Assembly: GCA_965116475.1 (NCBI GenBank)
Contig: OZ220691.1
Coordinates: 2,208,001 to 2,272,000, forward strand
Source of the DNA: Gemmatimonadota bacterium
Lineage (GTDB): Bacteria > Gemmatimonadota > Gemmatimonadetes > Palauibacterales > Palauibacteraceae
Reading direction: 5' to 3'
Length of the DNA: 64,000 bases
This document shows positions 58,382 through 64,000 of the stretch, in pieces. The notes under the pieces are model-generated. The model saw only the letters and a program-made list of their open reading frames with translations. It searched no databases and had not been told where the DNA came from. A program made the position numbers and the translations under genes. How positions within the stretch are numbered: the stretch's first letter is position 1; every line of letters starts with the position of its first letter.

Positions 58382-58392
58382 CGGAGAGTCCG

Positions 58393-58629
58393 ATGAAGAC
58401 CACGCTTGACCTGAACGATGAGATCCTGAGGAGAGCCGAGACGCGGGCGGCCCGCGACGACATTTCGCTTACGCAGTTCGTGGAGGAGGCGCTACGTACG
58501 AAGCTCATGGACGACAGCCGGCGGGATCCGGCCTTCAAGCTCGATCTGAAGACCGTCAAGGGACACGCGCCGCCCGCCGTCGATCTCTCCGACCGCGAGG
58601 CGCTGTACGACGTTCTGGGTGGTGTGTAG
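58393..58629 (+). CDS. VapB-type antitoxin (orphan, RHH-like)
   Basis: MKTTLDLNDEILRRA...A......LT..VEEALR ... VDLSDREALYD; RBS GGAGA; no downstream PIN gene. Confidence 0.8.
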   Translation: MKTTLDLNDEILRRAETRAARDDISLTQFVEEALRTKLMDDSRRDPAFKLDLKTVKGHAPPAVDLSDREALYDVLGGV

Positions 58630-58659
58630 TCGTCGCCTGCACCCGAACGGCGGGTGCGG

Positions 58660-59037
58660 TTACTCGGTGCCGAAGATGCGGGTGTGGAGTTGGACGTTGT
58701 GGTCGGCGATGAGCTTTGGGACTTCGATGGCGTTCACGACGAGCCAGGCGAAGGTGCCGACGCCCCAGGCGATGCCGATGGCGTAGAAGGTCCACGCACG
58801 TCGCACGAAGTCGTCGAAGCCGCCCGACACATCTGCCATTTCGGCTGACGCGAAACCGACGAAGAGCCAGAGCATGGCGCCGGCCATGACGACGGAGAAC
58901 AGGAGTTGGGCCAGCGCCTGTCCGCGCCGTCCGAGATAGAAGTTGTGGGCGCCCACCACGCCGAACACCACGAGGAGGATGTACGCCACGAGCGGCGTCT
59001 GCTGCTTCGCTTCGTATTCTGCCATCCGACGATCCAT
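58660..59037 (-). CDS. TM2/NINE domain membrane protein
   Basis: K.TPLVAYILL..FG..GAHNFYLGR; RBS GGAGG. Confidence 0.85.
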   Translation of the reverse strand: MDRRMAEYEAKQQTPLVAYILLVVFGVVGAHNFYLGRRGQALAQLLFSVVMAGAMLWLFVGFASAEMADVSGGFDDFVRRAWTFYAIGIAWGVGTFAWLVVNAIEVPKLIADHNVQLHTRIFGTE

Positions 59038-59222
59038 CTTCGGTCCTCCGTTCCTGTAGGGATATCGGCAATGTCGCGGTGTCGGCCGGGTCCGGCGACA
59101 TCGGCGCGCCGCCGGGGCGGCAACGCCTTGCGGCTCGTGCGGCCCCCGCGCGACAATGCGCCTCGCGCCGGCCAGCGGTCCCGCGCGGATCACACTTCCG
59201 TAACACGCGAAGAGGCTTGGGT

Positions 59223-60047
59223 ATGCGCCACTCGAAATCGTCCGCCAGCGTCGCCATTCTCGGCGCGGGGAATATCGGGCGCGCCATCGCCGAGGGGCTC
59301 GTGGCCGCGGGCTCGCACGCTCCGGCCGAGGTCCACGTCACGCGCCGCCACACGGAGCGGGTCGCGGATCTCGCGGGACGGGGGTTCCCGGTGTCGTCCG
59401 ACAATCCGGGCGCCGTGGCGGCCTGCGACACGGTCATCGTCGCGGTCCAGCCGCAGGCCCTCGACGCGGTGCTGATGGAGGTGGCTCCGCACGTGGAGGC
59501 CGGGCGCCACCTCCTCGTGTCCGTCGTCTCGGGGGCGTCGATCGCGGCGATTCGCCGGCACGTGGGCCCCGATGTGGCGGTCGTGCGCGCCATGCCCAAC
59601 ACGGCGGTCGCGCTGCGCGAGTCGATGACGTGTCTCGCGGCGGAACCCGCGCACGCCGGGGCCCTCGACCGGGTGGCCGCGCTGTTCCGGGCCGTCGGGG
59701 CCACGCTCGTCGTGGAGGAGGAGCACATGGTGCCCGCCACGGCCCTCTGCGCCTGCGGCGTGGCGTTCTTCCTGCGGGCGGTGCGCGCCGCCTGCCAGGG
59801 CGGCATCGAGATCGGCTTCCACCCCGACGAGGCGCTCCGCATGGCGGCCCAGACCGCGCTCGGCGCCGCTGCCCTCGTGCGGGACCAGGGCCGACACCCC
59901 GAGCGCGAGATCGACAGCGTGACGACGCCGCGCGGCTGCACCATCGCCGGCCTCAACGAGATGGAGCACCGCGGTTTCTCCTCGGCCTTCATCAAGGGGA
60001 TCACCACCTCCGCGGTGAAGGCGGAATCGCTCTATGCCGACGACTGA
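59223..60047 (+). CDS. proC: Pyrroline-5-carboxylate reductase
   Basis: ILGAGNIG, VAVQPQ, VVRAMPNT, TALCACGVAF, VTTPRGCTIAGL. Confidence 0.93.
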   Translation: MRHSKSSASVAILGAGNIGRAIAEGLVAAGSHAPAEVHVTRRHTERVADLAGRGFPVSSDNPGAVAACDTVIVAVQPQALDAVLMEVAPHVEAGRHLLVSVVSGASIAAIRRHVGPDVAVVRAMPNTAVALRESMTCLAAEPAHAGALDRVAALFRAVGATLVVEEEHMVPATALCACGVAFFLRAVRAACQGGIEIGFHPDEALRMAAQTALGAAALVRDQGRHPEREIDSVTTPRGCTIAGLNEMEHRGFSSAFIKGITTSAVKAESLYADD

Positions 60048-60074
60048 ACTGCCGGCGACTGACCGGGGCCGGCC

Positions 60075-61277
60075 GTGACCGCGCAGACGCTCTACATCGT
60101 CGCCGTCCTGTGCCTCGTCATCGCCGGGACGGAGTGGCTCGTGCGCCGGAGCTTCCTGCGGCACGGTGGCACCGCGTTGATGGTCATCATCTTCACCGCG
60201 CTGATCGCGAACTTCGGCCTGCTCCCGACGAGTTCGACCGATGCGGACCCCGTCCCGGCCTACGACGCGATTTTCCGCACGGTCGCCCCGCTCGCGATCG
60301 TGTGGCTCCTGCTGAAGGTCAACCTGCGCGACATCCTCCGCGCCGGACTGCCGATCATCACGCTCTTCCTCATCGGGTCGCTGGGGACTGTGGCCGGCGT
60401 GATCGTAGGCATGGCGCTCGTGGACGGGCCGGAGCGGATCGGTCCGCTGTTCGGGCCGCTGGGGGGAATGTTCACGGGCACCTACACGGGCGGCAGCGTG
60501 AACTTCAACGCGGTCGCGCTCAGATACGACGTCATGCGTGAGGGCGTGCTGTTCGGCGGCGCGTCGGCCGTGGATTCGATCATGACGACGGTGTGGATGG
60601 CGGCGACGATCGCCATTCCCCGCTGGCTGCGACCGTACTGGCCGAAGTCCGTCCGGAGTTGGGTCGGGCCGGCCGACGCGGCGCCGGGTGCCGCCGACCG
60701 GGCCCCGGACCTCGGCGTCGACGAGGACACCGAGCGCGTGCATCCGGTCGATCTCTCCCTCGTCCTCGCGATCGGGTTCGGGACGCTGTGGGTCTCGCAG
60801 CGGCTGGAGGCCTGGACGGCGGCCATGGGGTTCCCGATCCCCGACATCCTCATCCTCACGGTCATCGCCCTCATCCTCGCCCAGTTCCGGGCCATCACGG
60901 ATCTCGCCGGGAGCCGCACGCTGGGCCTGTTCTCCGTCTACCTCTTCCTGTGCGTGATCGGGGCCCACTGCGACGTGCGGGCGCTCGCCGACATCGGACC
61001 GCTCGGCTTGGCGCTCCTCGTCTTCACCTTCACGATCGTCGTCGTGCACGGGGCCATCACCTTCGGCGCGGCCCGACTCCTCCGGCTCGACGTGGACATC
61101 GCGGCCGTGGCCTCGCAGGCCAACGTGGGCGGCGGCACCTCCGCGCTCGCGCTGGCGCGCAGCCTCGGGCGCGGCGATCTCGTGCTCCCGGCCGTCCTGA
61201 TCGGGTCGCTCGGCAACGCCGTAGGCACCTTCCTCGGTCTGACGGTCGCTCGCCTGCTCCCGACGCTGCTCGGATGA
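60075..61277 (+). CDS. DUF819-family membrane protein
   Basis: Multi-TM; GTYTGGSVNF, ASQANVGG..SA, PAVLIGSLG.AVGT. Confidence 0.88.
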   Translation: MTAQTLYIVAVLCLVIAGTEWLVRRSFLRHGGTALMVIIFTALIANFGLLPTSSTDADPVPAYDAIFRTVAPLAIVWLLLKVNLRDILRAGLPIITLFLIGSLGTVAGVIVGMALVDGPERIGPLFGPLGGMFTGTYTGGSVNFNAVALRYDVMREGVLFGGASAVDSIMTTVWMAATIAIPRWLRPYWPKSVRSWVGPADAAPGAADRAPDLGVDEDTERVHPVDLSLVLAIGFGTLWVSQRLEAWTAAMGFPIPDILILTVIALILAQFRAITDLAGSRTLGLFSVYLFLCVIGAHCDVRALADIGPLGLALLVFTFTIVVVHGAITFGAARLLRLDVDIAAVASQANVGGGTSALALARSLGRGDLVLPAVLIGSLGNAVGTFLGLTVARLLPTLLG

Positions 61278-61306
61278 AACGGATCCACGAACGGAGGGCC
61301 CGCCCC

Positions 61307-62737
61307 ATGCAGTTGCGAACGCTGACCGCCATCGCCGCCGCCCTCGTCTCGGCCCTCACCTCGACCGTCGCCGGAGCGGCGGCCCAGAGCTACGACCTCG
61401 TGCTCGCGGGCGGCCGCGTGATGGATCCCGAGTCCGGCCTCGACGCGGTGCGCCACGTCGGGATCCGGGATGGGACGATCGCCGCGATTTCCGAGGCTCC
61501 GCTGGAGGGCGAGACGGTGGTCGACGTGTCCGGCCTCGTCGTCGCGCCGGGGTTCATCGACCTCCACGCCCACGGCCAGGATCTCTTCTCAAGCCAGCTT
61601 CAGGCGCGGGACGGGGTCACGACCGCGCTCGAACTGGAGGGCGGCACCGGCGATGTGGAGGAGTGGTATGCGAGCCGGGAAGGGAAGGCCGCGATTCACT
61701 ACGGCGCCACGGCCTCGCACGGGGCGGCGCGCCGACTGGCGCTCGGCGGGCAGCGGCAGGCGGTCCGGCTCGCGGCCGACCTCGAGCAGGTGTCGGTGAT
61801 GGTGGACCGGCTGCGCGACGAACTGGGACGCGGAGCGCTCGGCCTCGGCTTCGGCATCCAGTACACGCCCGGGGCCCGGCGCGAGGAGATCCACCGACTG
61901 TTCCAGCTCGCGGCGGACGAAGGCGTGGCGAACTTCGTCCACATCCGCTACGCCGGACTCGTCGAGCCCGGGAGCTCGATCGAGGCGGTGCACGAGATGA
62001 TCGCGAACGCCGCGTCGACCGGGGCCGGGGTCCACATCGTCCACATCGGGTCGAGCGGCCTCGGGCAGGTGCCGACGCTCCTGAGCATGATCGAGGGCGC
62101 CCAGGGGCGCGGGCTGGACGTGACGACCGAGGTCTATCCATACACCGCGGCCTCCACCGACATCCGGGCCGCGATCTTCGACCCGGGCTGGCGGGAGCGG
62201 CTCGGGGGCGACTACGGCGACATCGAATGGGACGGGACCGGCGAACGCCTGACGGAGGAGACGTTCAACGAGCGGCGCGAGACCGGCGGCCGGATCATCG
62301 CCCACATCATTCCGCAGGAGATGTTCGAACTCGCCCTCGCCCACCCCGCCGTGATGGTGGCGAGCGACGGCGTCCCATTCGTCAACGGCCAGGGGCATCC
62401 GCGCGGGGCGGGCACCTTCGCCCGCGTGCTCGGCCGCTACGTGCGCGAGGAGGGTCTCCTCACCCTCATGGAGGCGCTCCGCAAGATGACGCTGATGCCG
62501 GCGCGGCGGCTCGACGCCTACGTGCCGCAGATGGCGGACAAGGGCCGGATCCGGGTCGGGGCGGACGCCGACATCACCGTCTTCGACCCCGCCACGGTCA
62601 TCGACAACGCGACCTTCCAGGCGCCCACGGAGCCGTCGTCCGGGATCGAGTACGTGCTCGTCGCCGGCACCTTCGTCGTCCGCGACGCCGCCCTCATCGA
62701 GACCGCCTTCCCCGGCCAGCCCATCCGCCGCGACTGA
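61307..62737 (+). CDS. D-aminoacylase-like amidohydrolase (secreted)
   Basis: GGRVMDPESG, APGFIDLHAH, EVYPY, ASDG, HPRGAGTFAR, KGRI.VGADAD; RBS GGAGG. Confidence 0.9.
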   Translation: MQLRTLTAIAAALVSALTSTVAGAAAQSYDLVLAGGRVMDPESGLDAVRHVGIRDGTIAAISEAPLEGETVVDVSGLVVAPGFIDLHAHGQDLFSSQLQARDGVTTALELEGGTGDVEEWYASREGKAAIHYGATASHGAARRLALGGQRQAVRLAADLEQVSVMVDRLRDELGRGALGLGFGIQYTPGARREEIHRLFQLAADEGVANFVHIRYAGLVEPGSSIEAVHEMIANAASTGAGVHIVHIGSSGLGQVPTLLSMIEGAQGRGLDVTTEVYPYTAASTDIRAAIFDPGWRERLGGDYGDIEWDGTGERLTEETFNERRETGGRIIAHIIPQEMFELALAHPAVMVASDGVPFVNGQGHPRGAGTFARVLGRYVREEGLLTLMEALRKMTLMPARRLDAYVPQMADKGRIRVGADADITVFDPATVIDNATFQAPTEPSSGIEYVLVAGTFVVRDAALIETAFPGQPIRRD

Positions 62738-62746
62738 GCGTCCCGG

Positions 62747-63616
62747 TCACGCGGGCGCGCCGGACTCGGCGCCGGCATCGGCTCCGGCCTCAGCTCCGAC
62801 GCGTGCGAGCCGGCCCGAGATCTCCCGCAGGCGCAGCCACTGCTGGTAGTAGAAGGGGAGGGCCATCAGCGATTCCACGAACTGGAAGACGTACATGACG
62901 ATGGCGAACACGGCGCCGTACTCGACGGTGCGCTCCGCCGAGATGCCGACGGCGAACACCAGCAGGGCCATCATGAGCACCCAGTTGATGCCGAAGGTGC
63001 CCGCCTCGAGGTCGGAGAGCCGGATATTCCACCGCGTCATGGCGCGCAGGTGCTCGCCGAGGCGGACGGGGTCGCCGCTGTCCACGGCGTCGACCTGTCG
63101 CTCGTGCTCATCGTTGAGTCCCTCGTTGTAGCGCGTCGTCAACTTTCCGGTGAGCGCGTACAGGACGCCCGTGGCGACGGCGACGGCGACGCACCCCAGG
63201 AACACGGGCACGTTCAGCGTCGAGAGGATCACGATCGTGCCGGCGAGTCCGATGGCGCTCGTGATGAGCTGGGGAAGGGAGTGCTCGAAGAACTCGACGA
63301 TCTCCCGGAGCATCCCGAGCCGCGCCGTCCGGGTCGACGTACTGCGCTCCGCGGCGGAGGCGACCATCTCCTCCCCCAGCCGTACGTAGATGCCGGCGTA
63401 GGCGCGGCTGTCGACGACCCGGCGGCCGATGGCGATGAAGATCGTCCCGATCCCGAGTCCGGCGAGTTCGTACAGGCCCCGGGTCGAGCCCGCGAGGACG
63501 CCGTCGATGGCCCGGCCGATGACGAGCGGGAAGAGCAGCCAGCCCGCGGACTCCAGCACCACCATCGAAAGCGTGAGCGTGAGGCGTCCGCCAAACCGCT
63601 TCAGAAGCATGTGCAT
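62747..63616 (-). CDS. Stand-alone ABC six-transmembrane-domain protein (ABC_membrane_3-like)
   Basis: PLVIGRAIDG, RR.VDSRAY..IY, EIVEFFE, LNDEHE.QV, IRLSD.EA; no NBD adjacent. Confidence 0.78.
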   Translation of the reverse strand: MHMLLKRFGGRLTLTLSMVVLESAGWLLFPLVIGRAIDGVLAGSTRGLYELAGLGIGTIFIAIGRRVVDSRAYAGIYVRLGEEMVASAAERSTSTRTARLGMLREIVEFFEHSLPQLITSAIGLAGTIVILSTLNVPVFLGCVAVAVATGVLYALTGKLTTRYNEGLNDEHERQVDAVDSGDPVRLGEHLRAMTRWNIRLSDLEAGTFGINWVLMMALLVFAVGISAERTVEYGAVFAIVMYVFQFVESLMALPFYYQQWLRLREISGRLARVGAEAGADAGAESGAPA

Positions 63617-63769
63617 GAGCCCTCTCTTCTATTGGTCCCTTCTGTCGGCCTCTTCTGTCGGCGGCGTCGGGCTGCGGTGTATTCTTGGCGCCCGATTCCC
63701 GCCCGCCTCCCGCCCAATATGAACCGGGGCCGGCGCGGCGCTGACATCCCAGCGCGGAGGTGCGCTCCC

Positions 63770-64000
63770 ATGCGGTCGATCGAAGCGAGAACACTCCCCC
63801 CGTCCTTCCCGCGCTGCGCGCGGCTTCTGCGGCTCCTTCTTCTGACGCTGGTACTCGCCGCGCCGCCAGCCGAGGCGCGGGCGGCGGGATTCGCCCCGCA
63901 CGAGAGCGGCGCCCGGGCGAACGGCGCCCAGGAGAGCGGCGCCCAGGTCAACGGCGCCGACGAGGAAACCGCGCTCTACCGCTCGATGCGGTGGCGCAAC
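63770..64000 (+). CDS. Secreted protein, probably VPS10/BNR-repeat glycosyl-hydrolase-like (3'-truncated)
   Basis: RBS GGAGG, signal peptide, open to the window end with ...LYRSMRWRN (typical start of the 'WRxIGP' motif). Confidence 0.55.
   Translation, partial: MRSIEARTLPPSFPRCARLLRLLLLTLVLAAPPAEARAAGFAPHESGARANGAQESGAQVNGADEETALYRSMRWRN

Overview
High-GC (~70%), gene-dense bacterial chromosome segment. The abundance of secreted hydrolases, TonB receptors, a 6-bladed propeller lipoprotein, an FG-GAP/choice-of-anchor-B protein and a 'WLxRFGR' autotransporter resembles host-associated (e.g. sponge) Gemmatimonadota, though this is inference. It holds about 55 CDS and three tRNAs (Val-CAC, Gly-CCC, Ser-TGA). 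The CDS include a duplicated TBDR+DUF4249 pair, periplasmic catabolic enzymes, a cory-CC-star/ArsA/CstA module, housekeeping genes (fba, mtaB, putB, rho, trmJ-like, proC), one intact VapBC pair, and a decayed FitAB-like TA plus an orphan antitoxin flanking an atypical fabF next to tRNA-Ser. No CRISPR, integrase or transposase was seen. Most notable: (1) an autotransporter whose passenger is two tandem Cache ligand-binding domains with no signalling output; (2) rho with a low-complexity N-terminus in a different frame from the catalytic body; (3) a FabF with His->Asn at a catalytic position; (4) pervasive 9-21 bp tandem micro-duplications at gene ends.
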